DNA of 64,000 bases from a virus (Duplodnaviria > Caudoviricetes). This document shows, one piece after another, positions 29,393-38,789 of the stretch; position 1 is the stretch's first letter, and the number at the start of each line of letters is the position of its first letter. The notes under the pieces were generated by a model, which saw only the letters and a program-made list of their open reading frames with translations, was not told the DNA's origin and ran no database searches. Location of the stretch: the IMG/VR virus record IMGVR_UViG_3300007214_000006. The stretch is one strand, 5' to 3'. The position numbers were made by a program, and so were the translations under genes.

Positions 29393-31963
29393 ATGAGCCA
29401 CATAACACCAGCCATAAAAAAGCAAATTTTAGACTTATACAATGACACAGGCGATAATGTGCATGGTATTGGATTTGGATATAAATATATAAATAATCAA
29501 AAAACAGATCAAATAGGTATAGTTTTTATTGTATCTCAAAAAAAACCTTTATCAGAGTTGAATAAAAATGAAATTATTCCATCTACTATACAAATAGAAG
29601 ATACATCATATGTGACAGATGTTGTGGAGCAACGAGAAATACCCAAAGCCATGACTTGCTATTCAATGAGCAATCCTGTTGATCCAGAAATTAGAAGATT
29701 GCGTAGTGATCCAAATTTTTTATATCCGATTAAGGGAGGACAAGAACTATATAGATTTCCTCATGATTGGAACTCTCCTAATGGAATATCGTATAGCGCT
29801 ACCGTCGGAACATTAGGATTTTTGGCAATAGATAATTTTGACAATAATATTGTAGGAATAACAAATTGTCATGTGGCAGTATCCAATATATTCATTGCGT
29901 CCGATAGAATAAAAGCTAATGAAATAGCTAATCCATATAATACTTTTGAAAGCTCAGAGTGGATTAATGGTCAAAAATACTATCCAGGAACTTTATGTAT
30001 TTCTTCTGGTAGTAATTATTTTATATCTTCATCTTTAAAAAGACATATTCCGATATGTAGAAACATATTAAATACTGTTGATTGTGCCGCAATGTTTATA
30101 GATAATAATATTGTTACTCAAAATTCATTTGGGATGCATGCCCCGTCCACACAGCCGATTAGTGCGATAAAACCACCATTTGCAACAACACAAGAATTAG
30201 ACGCATTATTGTCTACTAATCCTTTGTTATTTAGCACAGGGAGAACAACTGGACCAAAAGGATGGACACCTTCACAATCGTGTCAAATGAGTGTTTCTTT
30301 AATTGGTGTCACACTTGATGTAGATTTTGGTACCGAGAGTAATCCTTCTATTACAACATTTAATTCTATTATAGAATATGAATATAAAGATAAAAGCATA
30401 TTTCCAAGCGCCCCGGGAGATTCTGGATCAGCGGTACTAGCCAATATTAATGGAACTATGAAAATTATAGGACTATGTTTTGCTGGCGCTGGTTCGAAGG
30501 CTTATTTATGCAGAATAGACGAGATCGCCGAACGATTAAACATAAGAGCATGGGATGATAGTTATACAATTAATGCTTCTGCTCCATGCGGAAATCCATA
30601 TAGAAGTTCCGACCTTACTGTTCCGACTAATCCTAGACTAGCTGATGTTGTGGTTTGTGACTTTGATAATTTTAGATCTTCGTTGCCAAGTATAATTGTA
30701 AATGGTACAACTTATTATCAGGCGGGGTGTACAAATAAAACTAATTATACCCATATAAATAATATACAAACATTATCTTGGAATACTCTTAATGATGAAG
30801 TACACGAGTGGGAAGCCCCCCCAAAAACAATATTATCTAATTTTCATAATTTATATAATTTTCATGTTATTAAATTACCAGGAGTATCATCCACTAATTA
30901 TCCTTATAGAGCTTGGTTTTTTGGATGGAGCACAGCAAACTTTAATCCAAATCTAGTGCCAATTAATGAACCACCACAACCAGACGGAAATATATATGCA
31001 AATGACGCAATATTTTATGCTAGATCAAATGATCTTATTAATGGCTGGGAGGTATACAAGGGGGCTGGCTCTTGGGATTCAACAATGAATCCATCATTAT
31101 GGTATCCGGTACTATATAGAACAAGTCGAACCAGTAATCCAGCATATCAAGAATTTGCTTCTGAAGTAGCGGGTGATCCCTCTGTTGTATATTATAATGG
31201 AACATATTATATGGCTTATTCTTCTATTGGTAATAAAACAATTGGCGGAACAAATTATTTTATAAAATGTATAATGGGAGCAACATCAACAGATGGTATT
31301 AATTGGACAAAAAGTACTGCTCCTATATTAGAGTGGCCAAGCGAGCGAACTAATCCTTATGTACCTGGAGCAACATGGGGTCCTCCAGGATATTATGGAG
31401 GATATCATAGACCATCATTAATGTTAGATGATAATAAATGGAAATTATGGTTTGATTATTATACTCCAGATGCTGATAAAAAATTATGCCTTGGTTATGC
31501 TGAAAATGCTACGATAAGCTCTTTTCTTAATGGTAATTTAACAAGTAATCCATCGTCACAAAAATGGCAAGTATTACGAGCAGATACTAATCCTTTGATG
31601 GAAAATTGGCCTAATCCAGAAGTAACAAAGATTAATAATGTGTATTATTCTTTTTGTGATGCTACTACAGTTGGTCCTCCTACTCCTTTAGGTTCTCCTC
31701 CGCCAACAGGACTAGGAGGAGATGGTAGAGTTATTACAATGGCTCAATCATTGGATGGTATAAATTGGCAAAAAACAGGATTTTTATTACCAGAAGGAAG
31801 AAATTGTGCCCATGTTCCAGATCCTTATGTTCATACTGAACCTAATGGAGAAACATGGTTATATCTTTATTATGCTTGGAAAACTAGAACTACTCAAAAT
31901 CCTCCTCCAGCAGATTGGTATCAATATAAACAAATTAAATGTATACGCAAAAGGATTTCATAA
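29393..31963 (+). CDS. Nal1-like trypsin-fold serine protease fused to a five-bladed beta-propeller glycoside-hydrolase-like domain
   Basis: VHGIGFGYK..IVFIVSQKKP prodomain; TNCHV, VDCAA and PGDSGS triad; C-terminal GDPSVVYYNGTYYMAYS, STDGINW, RPSL, SLDGINW. Confidence 0.75.
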   Translation: MSHITPAIKKQILDLYNDTGDNVHGIGFGYKYINNQKTDQIGIVFIVSQKKPLSELNKNEIIPSTIQIEDTSYVTDVVEQREIPKAMTCYSMSNPVDPEIRRLRSDPNFLYPIKGGQELYRFPHDWNSPNGISYSATVGTLGFLAIDNFDNNIVGITNCHVAVSNIFIASDRIKANEIANPYNTFESSEWINGQKYYPGTLCISSGSNYFISSSLKRHIPICRNILNTVDCAAMFIDNNIVTQNSFGMHAPSTQPISAIKPPFATTQELDALLSTNPLLFSTGRTTGPKGWTPSQSCQMSVSLIGVTLDVDFGTESNPSITTFNSIIEYEYKDKSIFPSAPGDSGSAVLANINGTMKIIGLCFAGAGSKAYLCRIDEIAERLNIRAWDDSYTINASAPCGNPYRSSDLTVPTNPRLADVVVCDFDNFRSSLPSIIVNGTTYYQAGCTNKTNYTHINNIQTLSWNTLNDEVHEWEAPPKTILSNFHNLYNFHVIKLPGVSSTNYPYRAWFFGWSTANFNPNLVPINEPPQPDGNIYANDAIFYARSNDLINGWEVYKGAGSWDSTMNPSLWYPVLYRTSRTSNPAYQEFASEVAGDPSVVYYNGTYYMAYSSIGNKTIGGTNYFIKCIMGATSTDGINWTKSTAPILEWPSERTNPYVPGATWGPPGYYGGYHRPSLMLDDNKWKLWFDYYTPDADKKLCLGYAENATISSFLNGNLTSNPSSQKWQVLRADTNPLMENWPNPEVTKINNVYYSFCDATTVGPPTPLGSPPPTGLGGDGRVITMAQSLDGINWQKTGFLLPEGRNCAHVPDPYVHTEPNGETWLYLYYAWKTRTTQNPPPADWYQYKQIKCIRKRIS

Positions 31964-31965
31964 TA

Positions 31966-34900
31966 ATGAATGAAACAAAACAGTATGCTATTGTAGTTAA
32001 AAATTATACAGACTTAGATTCTTTATATTTAGATATGGAAAATGACGGTTGCGGAATAAATGATTGTTGTCCTCATAGGAGTGTTAATTGTTGTGAAAGA
32101 AAACCATCCAGCAGAGTTACTTATTATGAATTAACACATTCAGAAGCAGAAATTTTAAAAAATGATCCAAGAATAGAATCGATAGAATTAGGTATCCAAG
32201 AGCAAAAAGATATCAAAATTGTTTTGTCAAATAATCAAACAGAATGTCCAGATGGATTATATCCATCAAATTGGTATTGCTGCCCAAGTGGTGGCGCCGC
32301 ATCAGAACTTCAATATTGCGGAATTACCGGACTGAATTATATTCCTCCACCATCATCTTATATTCAGTCTAATGCTGTATGTTCCAAAGAATCAAAGTAT
32401 ACATCTAGTTCTCATCGAAGTAGTAAAAATTGGGGATTAGCATATTGTTCTTATACTGGCATTTTACCAAATTGGAGCGATATTGGATATGTGGAAAATA
32501 TTCCAAGTGGGAAAGTTACTAATCCAGTCGGATATACTTGGGGTAGCGAAGTAGAAATTCCATTTTATATACCATTACAAACCGGAATAAGCCCAGATCT
32601 AGTATTTGATATCAATTTTAATTCTAATGCTCTGGGACAGAATGTTGACATAGTAATAATAGATGGTCCTGTTTATACTGGTCATCCAGAATTTGCAGTA
32701 AATTCGGATGGTACTGGAGGATCTAGATTTATACCGTACAATTGGTTTCAGCACGATCCAGAAGTAAGGGGATATTACAATCCTTCACTCTATATATATA
32801 AAATCGGTGCCAACGAACAAGGCATAGATCACGGCACCCACGTGGCGAGTACAGCTGCTGGAAACACACAAGGTTGGGCCAAAAAAGCTAATATATACAA
32901 TATTAATATATTTGATGGTCAAATTAGTCCTTATCTTTGTTTTGATTATGTAAAAGCCTTTCATAGAAGTAAACAAGGTAGTAGGCCAACAATAGTCAAC
33001 TGTTCTTGGAAATTTTTTGGAGAAGTTGCCAATGCTATTGGGGCAATACACACTTATCCTAGCGGAGAACCTCTTCCTTCCGGATACGTCTGCCACTATC
33101 CAAAATGCGACTTCCCACCTCCAGCACCATATTACGGTGAAATAAAAAGTATAGTTTATCAAAACATCGAACATAGTGGAAGATTCATATTTGACCATAT
33201 ACAAAATAAATGCGAACCACCAAAATGGGATAATGGAGATCCTGTATTTCCATCTGGTTATTGTTGTGATATGCATCCGAATCTCTGGACACCAGAAGTA
33301 GACACAAACTGCTTATTTAAGGATACCCCATATTGCGTGTGCTTAAAGACACCGTCCCCGATAGTATTCGAAAATGAATTAAGAATTAGATCACTATATT
33401 ATGATCCTAATAGTCATAGCAGAGATGATATTCTTGGATCGGATTTTACCAATGGGACTATAAGTTTTAATGATGTTGGATTTAATTTTAGGAGAATGTA
33501 CGTCGCCTGCTCAGACAAACCTATTGATCCTACAGATATATGGTTTGACGGCCCAGCGTATGCTCAGTATGCATTTTATGATGATGTCGTATTAGATCAA
33601 ATTAATGCTGACATCAACGATCTTGTTGATGAGGGAGTAACAGTAATTTGTGCTGCCGCCAATGACAATAGATATTTAGCAGCATCTGGGGATATCAATT
33701 ATAATAATAAAATTATCCGATATGATGGTAAAGAACATTACTATATGAGAGGGGGCACACCATTAACGCCTAAAACGATTGTTGTTGGAGCATTATCAAA
33801 TGAAAATTTTTCGTCATCAATAGATCCAATTCGTAAACCATCTATTGCTAATTTTTCTAATAAAGGACCTGGAGTAGATATATGGGCACCAGGAACAGAC
33901 ATACTAGGTGCTGTATCTAGTAACAGTAGAAATGCTTTTAATGATAGTAGAGATCTAACCGGAAATTCTTTTCTCAACTATTTAAGCGGAACAAGCATGG
34001 CTTCTCCTCAAGTAGCTGGGGTTTTAGCGTGCTTATCATCTATCAGGTCGATAGATTCATCAAACGCAAAAGAAGTACTAACTTCGTATGCTAAATCAAA
34101 TAGTATTTATCATGGCTACGAAACATACACACCAGCACCAACGGGATATGGTCCATATTTTAGTCTGATATTAAATCCATTAAATAGTGGATTGGTCTTA
34201 CAAAATCCGTACGCTACTGCGACAATAAAAAAAGATGCCTCAGTGTATTTTGATGTTTCAACAGGTATTATGGAGCTTGATCCTGGTGATCACATTCTAC
34301 GATCATTTAGTATTACATATGCAGATATTGTAAGTAATGTTACTTATAATACACCTGGCCCATTTATTTGCAATTATGGATGTGAAACTGGCTTTCCACA
34401 ACCACACCCAGCTGTATCGACAGCAACAGAAAAAAGATTATTTCCTGCTGGAGCATGGATGGTGTCACAAGAATGGAAATCAAGAATAGCAGGTGTCGTA
34501 GGATTCTCTCCAACTCTTGCTACATCAGGAAATAATAGCGCATCTACTAATGGTTGGATCGACAAGCGATGGAATTTTGGTGTTGTAATACCTCCAAATT
34601 CTCTTAGCGTTAGCGAAGCTCAAACAAGATTTGTAAGCCATAGCATACAAGCTTCAGTTGATTTACCGGATTTTGGATATGGAGCACCAGGAAAAGGAGT
34701 ATTTTCCTATAGTACTCCTGATGGACTAGTATTATACGGTCGAGTTTTTGTATATGATTCTTCCATCCCCACGCCCACCCCAACACAAACACAAACTCCT
34801 ACTCCAACGCCTACCCGAAATACGCCGACACCAACGCCTACTAAGCCATTGAAAATTACTATAATAAAATCTAGTGGCGATCCTATTACTATATCTTGTG

Positions 34901-35448
34901 GCCCCGACACATACATCTTGGATGCTGCCGAACAGAATAATATTTCTCTGCCTTATGTTTGTAGAGCGGGAACTTGTGGCACTTGTATTTCTACTTTAGC
35001 TAGTGGAATAATAGATCAAAGCGATCAAAGTTATTTGGATTCTGACCAAGTATCAGAAGGATGTATTTTGAGTTGTGTTTCTGTGCCTTTGAGTGATACA
35101 ATTATATATGTTCCAGGTTCATGTTCTATACATGCTCCTACCGCCACTCCGACTCCTACCCAGACTCCAACAAAAAGTGTTACTCCCACTAAAACTCCAA
35201 CACCAACTCCTACTATTACACCAAGCCAAACTCGTCGGTTAAGAGCGTCTTTTACTGATGTAATTCAAGAAGTTAGATTACCTAACCAAATAGATAATAC
35301 AAAAACAAAAAATGGTTCTGTTGTTGTTTCATGTTCTAGAACGGGCAAATATTTTACACTAGATACTGCCGTTAACAAGACAAATGTGGATGATGTTGCT
35401 AATCTTTATAAAGATAGATTTGACGATCCTGATTACTATGGATACTAA
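31966..35448 (+). CDS. subtilisin-like S8 protease with C-terminal extra domains including a 2Fe-2S ferredoxin (ORF open from 31939)
   Basis: VDIVIIDG (Asp), HGTHVASTAAG (His), AAAN, SGTSMASPQVAG (Ser); ferredoxin YILDAAE..LPYVCRAGTCGTC..VLSC-type motif between TP tracts. Confidence 0.85.
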   Translation: MNETKQYAIVVKNYTDLDSLYLDMENDGCGINDCCPHRSVNCCERKPSSRVTYYELTHSEAEILKNDPRIESIELGIQEQKDIKIVLSNNQTECPDGLYPSNWYCCPSGGAASELQYCGITGLNYIPPPSSYIQSNAVCSKESKYTSSSHRSSKNWGLAYCSYTGILPNWSDIGYVENIPSGKVTNPVGYTWGSEVEIPFYIPLQTGISPDLVFDINFNSNALGQNVDIVIIDGPVYTGHPEFAVNSDGTGGSRFIPYNWFQHDPEVRGYYNPSLYIYKIGANEQGIDHGTHVASTAAGNTQGWAKKANIYNINIFDGQISPYLCFDYVKAFHRSKQGSRPTIVNCSWKFFGEVANAIGAIHTYPSGEPLPSGYVCHYPKCDFPPPAPYYGEIKSIVYQNIEHSGRFIFDHIQNKCEPPKWDNGDPVFPSGYCCDMHPNLWTPEVDTNCLFKDTPYCVCLKTPSPIVFENELRIRSLYYDPNSHSRDDILGSDFTNGTISFNDVGFNFRRMYVACSDKPIDPTDIWFDGPAYAQYAFYDDVVLDQINADINDLVDEGVTVICAAANDNRYLAASGDINYNNKIIRYDGKEHYYMRGGTPLTPKTIVVGALSNENFSSSIDPIRKPSIANFSNKGPGVDIWAPGTDILGAVSSNSRNAFNDSRDLTGNSFLNYLSGTSMASPQVAGVLACLSSIRSIDSSNAKEVLTSYAKSNSIYHGYETYTPAPTGYGPYFSLILNPLNSGLVLQNPYATATIKKDASVYFDVSTGIMELDPGDHILRSFSITYADIVSNVTYNTPGPFICNYGCETGFPQPHPAVSTATEKRLFPAGAWMVSQEWKSRIAGVVGFSPTLATSGNNSASTNGWIDKRWNFGVVIPPNSLSVSEAQTRFVSHSIQASVDLPDFGYGAPGKGVFSYSTPDGLVLYGRVFVYDSSIPTPTPTQTQTPTPTPTRNTPTPTPTKPLKITIIKSSGDPITISCGPDTYILDAAEQNNISLPYVCRAGTCGTCISTLASGIIDQSDQSYLDSDQVSEGCILSCVSVPLSDTIIYVPGSCSIHAPTATPTPTQTPTKSVTPTKTPTPTPTITPSQTRRLRASFTDVIQEVRLPNQIDNTKTKNGSVVVSCSRTGKYFTLDTAVNKTNVDDVANLYKDRFDDPDYYGY

Positions 35449-35463
35449 TTTGTTATATATAAT

Positions 35464-35475
35464 GGTGTATAATAA
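35464..35475 (+). promoter_or_regulatory. candidate phage late-promoter motif (GGTGTATAATAA)
   Basis: Intergenic, upstream of AAGGAG and the ATG at 35499. Confidence 0.55.
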
Positions 35476-35498
35476 TATTATCAATAAAGGAGCATATT

Positions 35499-35738
35499 AT
35501 GGCTTTAGATATAAAAAAAAGCAAAGTTGATAATTTAATTAAAAACGGTTCTATTATTGTTAGCGTGTTAGTAACTGGACCAACATCTAAAAACCTATTG
35601 AATACATATGTTAGCAATGCTCCTAAGATAGAGGATATTGAAAATAAATATGATAATTTATTAGATGAAATCAATTATTATGGCGGTGGCGGCGGTGGCG
35701 GCGGTGGTAATATTAACGGCAATGTATTAGGAGTCTAA
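35499..35738 (+). CDS. small hypothetical protein with a Gly9 tail
   Basis: AAGGAG RBS; ggcggtggc-type 9-mer x3 at 35682-35708. Confidence 0.65.
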   Translation: MALDIKKSKVDNLIKNGSIIVSVLVTGPTSKNLLNTYVSNAPKIEDIENKYDNLLDEINYYGGGGGGGGGNINGNVLGV

Positions 35739-35744
35739 TTACCA

Positions 35745-37403
35745 ATGCCAATTATAAGAATTAACGAATTACCAGAAAATACTAATATTAGTGGTAATGA
35801 TTTATTGGTAACTATGGATGATCCTAATGGCGCTGCTATCACAAAAAAAATTACTGTAAATTCATTATTGTCTCTTGGTTCTGGCGCCCAAGGACCACAA
35901 GGAAATCAAGGCTTTCAGGGTGCTCAAGGCAACCAAGGAAACACTGGAGCACAAGGTCCGCAGGGTACTCAAGGACTTACTGGACCACAAGGTTCAAGCG
36001 GAGCCCAGGGAAATCAGGGTTTTCAGGGAAATCAAGGTTACCAAGGTAGTCCAGACGGTAATCAAGGGCCAGACGGTAATCAAGGTCCTGACGGTAATCA
36101 AGGTCCCGACGGTAATCAAGGACCAGACGGTAATCAAGGTCCTCAAGGAGATCAAGGTTATCAGGGTTATCAAGGTGATCAGGGTAATCAAGGCGATCAG
36201 GGCTACCAAGGTTTTCAAGGTCCGCAAGGAGACGAAGGACCACAAGGTAGTCAATCTTTTAATTATATGGGAACTTATAACAATGGCATAACATATAATG
36301 AAGGAGATGCTGTCACATATGATGGTTCTTTATATGTAATGACTAATTTTATTGGTGCTGCTGGTTATATTCCCCCATCTTATCCAGCAAATTGGGAATT
36401 AGTTTTGAGTAAAGGAGATCAAGGTGATCAGGGTAATCAAGGATATCAAGGCGATCAGGGCAACCAAGGATATCAAGGTGACCAGGGTAATCAAGGCTAT
36501 CAAGGCGATCAAGGTAATCAAGGCTATCAAGGCGACCAAGGTTATCAAGGAGAAGCAGGGTTTTCTGGCAACCAAGGACCACAAGGAGATCAAGGGTACC
36601 AAGGGTATCAAGGTGATCAGGGTTATCAAGGGGATCAGGGTTATCTAGGAACTCAAGGCGATCAGGGCAACCAAGGATATCAAGGCGATCAAGGCTACCA
36701 AGGCTATCAGGGCGATCAAGGCTATCAGGGCGATCAAGGCTATCAAGGTTACCAAGGAGATCAAGGTGTTCAAGGAGATATTGGGCCTCAAGGTATTGAT
36801 CCTGGCCCTCAAGGAGACCAAGGTAATCAAGGCTATCAAGGCGACCAGGGCAACCAAGGCGACAATGGTAATCAGGGCGATCAAGGATACCAAGGATATC
36901 AAGGAGATCAAGGATACCAAGGTTACCAAGGCGACCAGGGTTATCAAGGATATCAAGGCGACCAAGGATATCAAGGCGACCAAGGTGTTCAAGGAGATAT
37001 TGGACCTCAAGGTATTGATCCTGGTCCTCAAGGCGATCAAGGTTATCAAGGATATCAAGGCGACCAAGGTTATCAAGGCGATCAAGGGTATCAAGGTGAC
37101 CAGGGCTACCAAGGCTATCAAGGCGACCAAGGATATCAAGGGCATCAAGGCGACCAAGGTTATCAAGGCGATCAAGGCTACCAAGGTTACCAAGGCGATC
37201 AGGGCTACCAAGGCGACCAAGGTTATCAAGGATATCAAGGCTACCAAGGTTATCAAGGCGATCAGGGCTACCAAGGTGATCAAGGGCCTGATGGATTACC
37301 GGGCACATCCTTAGATATTAATACCTTGCCGACTAGTGATCCACTTGTTGCTGGACAAGTTTGGAGAGATGGAACAACACTTAAGGTTAGTTTAGGACCT
37401 TGA
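35745..37403 (+). CDS. collagen-like fibre protein, (Gly-X-Gln)n
   Basis: Long QG-periodic triplet repeat; N-terminal IRINELP..KKITV anchor, internal Y..GDAVTY.GS.Y..W module, C-terminal LPTSDP..GQVW.DG..LKVS cap. Confidence 0.9.
   Translation: MPIIRINELPENTNISGNDLLVTMDDPNGAAITKKITVNSLLSLGSGAQGPQGNQGFQGAQGNQGNTGAQGPQGTQGLTGPQGSSGAQGNQGFQGNQGYQGSPDGNQGPDGNQGPDGNQGPDGNQGPDGNQGPQGDQGYQGYQGDQGNQGDQGYQGFQGPQGDEGPQGSQSFNYMGTYNNGITYNEGDAVTYDGSLYVMTNFIGAAGYIPPSYPANWELVLSKGDQGDQGNQGYQGDQGNQGYQGDQGNQGYQGDQGNQGYQGDQGYQGEAGFSGNQGPQGDQGYQGYQGDQGYQGDQGYLGTQGDQGNQGYQGDQGYQGYQGDQGYQGDQGYQGYQGDQGVQGDIGPQGIDPGPQGDQGNQGYQGDQGNQGDNGNQGDQGYQGYQGDQGYQGYQGDQGYQGYQGDQGYQGDQGVQGDIGPQGIDPGPQGDQGYQGYQGDQGYQGDQGYQGDQGYQGYQGDQGYQGHQGDQGYQGDQGYQGYQGDQGYQGDQGYQGYQGYQGYQGDQGYQGDQGPDGLPGTSLDINTLPTSDPLVAGQVWRDGTTLKVSLGP
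36051..36143 (+). repeat. five tandem 18-nt units encoding GPDGNQ
   Basis: gacggtaatcaagg(n)cc(n) starting at 36054, 36072, 36090, 36108 and 36126. Confidence 0.85.
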
Positions 37404-37476
37404 TAGGAGATACATTTATTTTACTATAATTAGTAAGTATAATTGTTGATCTAATCCTATTAAAAAATATAAATGC

Positions 37477-38721
37477 ATGAAATTTTCTATTATAACCCCA
37501 ACACATAAAAATATTAATTATATTTTTGATTTATATAATTCTTTAAAAAACCAGACCTATTCTAATTGGGAATGGATAATATGGATTAACGGGACCGCAA
37601 CACATGATTTTTTATCTATATTAAATAAAGACGATAAAATAAAAATTTATACAGATTATTCTAATAATACCAATGTTGGATACCACAAAAATAAAGCTTT
37701 TAATTTAGGGTCTGGAGATGTATTAGTAGAAGTTGATCATGACGATATCTTATTGCCACAGTGCTTACAAAAATTATATGATATATATTCAAAAAATAAT
37801 GACATTGGTTTTGTATATTCTGATAACGCCAAACTTTCCGATAGCTTCAGACCATATAGCGAATCACACGGCTGGAAACATTCAAAAATTACATTCGAAA
37901 ATAAGACTCTATGGGTTCCGCAATCCTTTGAAGCATCAAGCCATTCTATATCATTGATTTGGTATGGGCCGGATCATGTCAGATCATGGAGAAAAGATAT
38001 ATACCATAAAGTAGGTGGTCATAATATAAATTTAAATATATTAGATGATCAAGAACTGGTAATAAAAACATATTTACAAACAAAATTTTTCCACATACAA
38101 GAACCACTATATGTTTATAGAATACATGGACAAAATACTTGGCTTGAAAGGAATAAGCAAATACAATCAGGAACCATAGAGCTTCGCAATAAATGGATCA
38201 AATCTTTGGCAGAAAGAGATGCTTACTTACAAAATTTGCAGATGATAGATATAGGTGGAGGAATAGATGGAAAACCAGGATATATAACTATCGATCAAGA
38301 GGGCGGAGATATTAATTGTGATCTTAACGAAGGTATTCCTATGCCAGATAATTCTTGCTATGTAATTAATGCTAGTCATATAATAGAACATTTAAAAGAT
38401 CCATTCAAAACTATGAAAGAAATACATAGGGTTTTAGCTCATGGCGGCTGGTCATTTATAGAAGTTCCATCAACAGATGGCAGGGGAGCTTTTCAAGACC
38501 CAACCCACGTTTCATTTTGGAACGAAAATAGTTTTTGGTATTACACAAAAAAAGAGCAAGCCAGATATATAAGAAATAATACCATAAAATTCCAAACCCA
38601 TAGATTAGAAACATCATATCCATCAGATTGGTGGAAGAAACACAATATTCCTGTTGTTTATGCGGACCTAATCTGCATCAAAAATAACGATCATCGATTT
38701 CCTGGGTTATTAGAAATATGA
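37477..38721 (+). CDS. GT2 glycosyltransferase fused to a C-terminal SAM methyltransferase
   Basis: FSIITPTH, LVEVDHDD (DxD), DH.RSW; then IDIGGG..ASHIIEHL..EIHRVL..GG. Confidence 0.88.
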   Translation: MKFSIITPTHKNINYIFDLYNSLKNQTYSNWEWIIWINGTATHDFLSILNKDDKIKIYTDYSNNTNVGYHKNKAFNLGSGDVLVEVDHDDILLPQCLQKLYDIYSKNNDIGFVYSDNAKLSDSFRPYSESHGWKHSKITFENKTLWVPQSFEASSHSISLIWYGPDHVRSWRKDIYHKVGGHNINLNILDDQELVIKTYLQTKFFHIQEPLYVYRIHGQNTWLERNKQIQSGTIELRNKWIKSLAERDAYLQNLQMIDIGGGIDGKPGYITIDQEGGDINCDLNEGIPMPDNSCYVINASHIIEHLKDPFKTMKEIHRVLAHGGWSFIEVPSTDGRGAFQDPTHVSFWNENSFWYYTKKEQARYIRNNTIKFQTHRLETSYPSDWWKKHNIPVVYADLICIKNNDHRFPGLLEI

Positions 38722-38731
38722 TCAATTAGAT

Positions 38732-38743
38732 GGTGTATAATAA
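38732..38743 (+). promoter_or_regulatory. candidate phage late-promoter motif (GGTGTATAATAA)
   Basis: Intergenic, identical 12-mer to 35464. Confidence 0.55.
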
Positions 38744-38789
38744 TTTTGTGACAAGTCTATAAATTTTATTATGAATATAGGTAATATCT

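Noticed and set aside
22388-34916. Minus-strand Val/Gly-rich ORFs (22388..23029, 27635..27838, 34707..34916)
   Set aside because: Antisense reading of the Thr/Pro (ACN/CCN) tracts.
35875-37314. Long alternative-frame and minus-strand ORFs over the collagen gene (e.g. 36349..37308, 36645..37283, 36766..37314)
   Set aside because: Shadow frames created by the stop-poor triplet repeat; low-complexity LD/LI/IK translations and no RBS.
27660-37330. CRISPR array or non-coding repeat locus
   Set aside because: All repeats are in-frame multiples of three inside ORFs, with no unique spacers.
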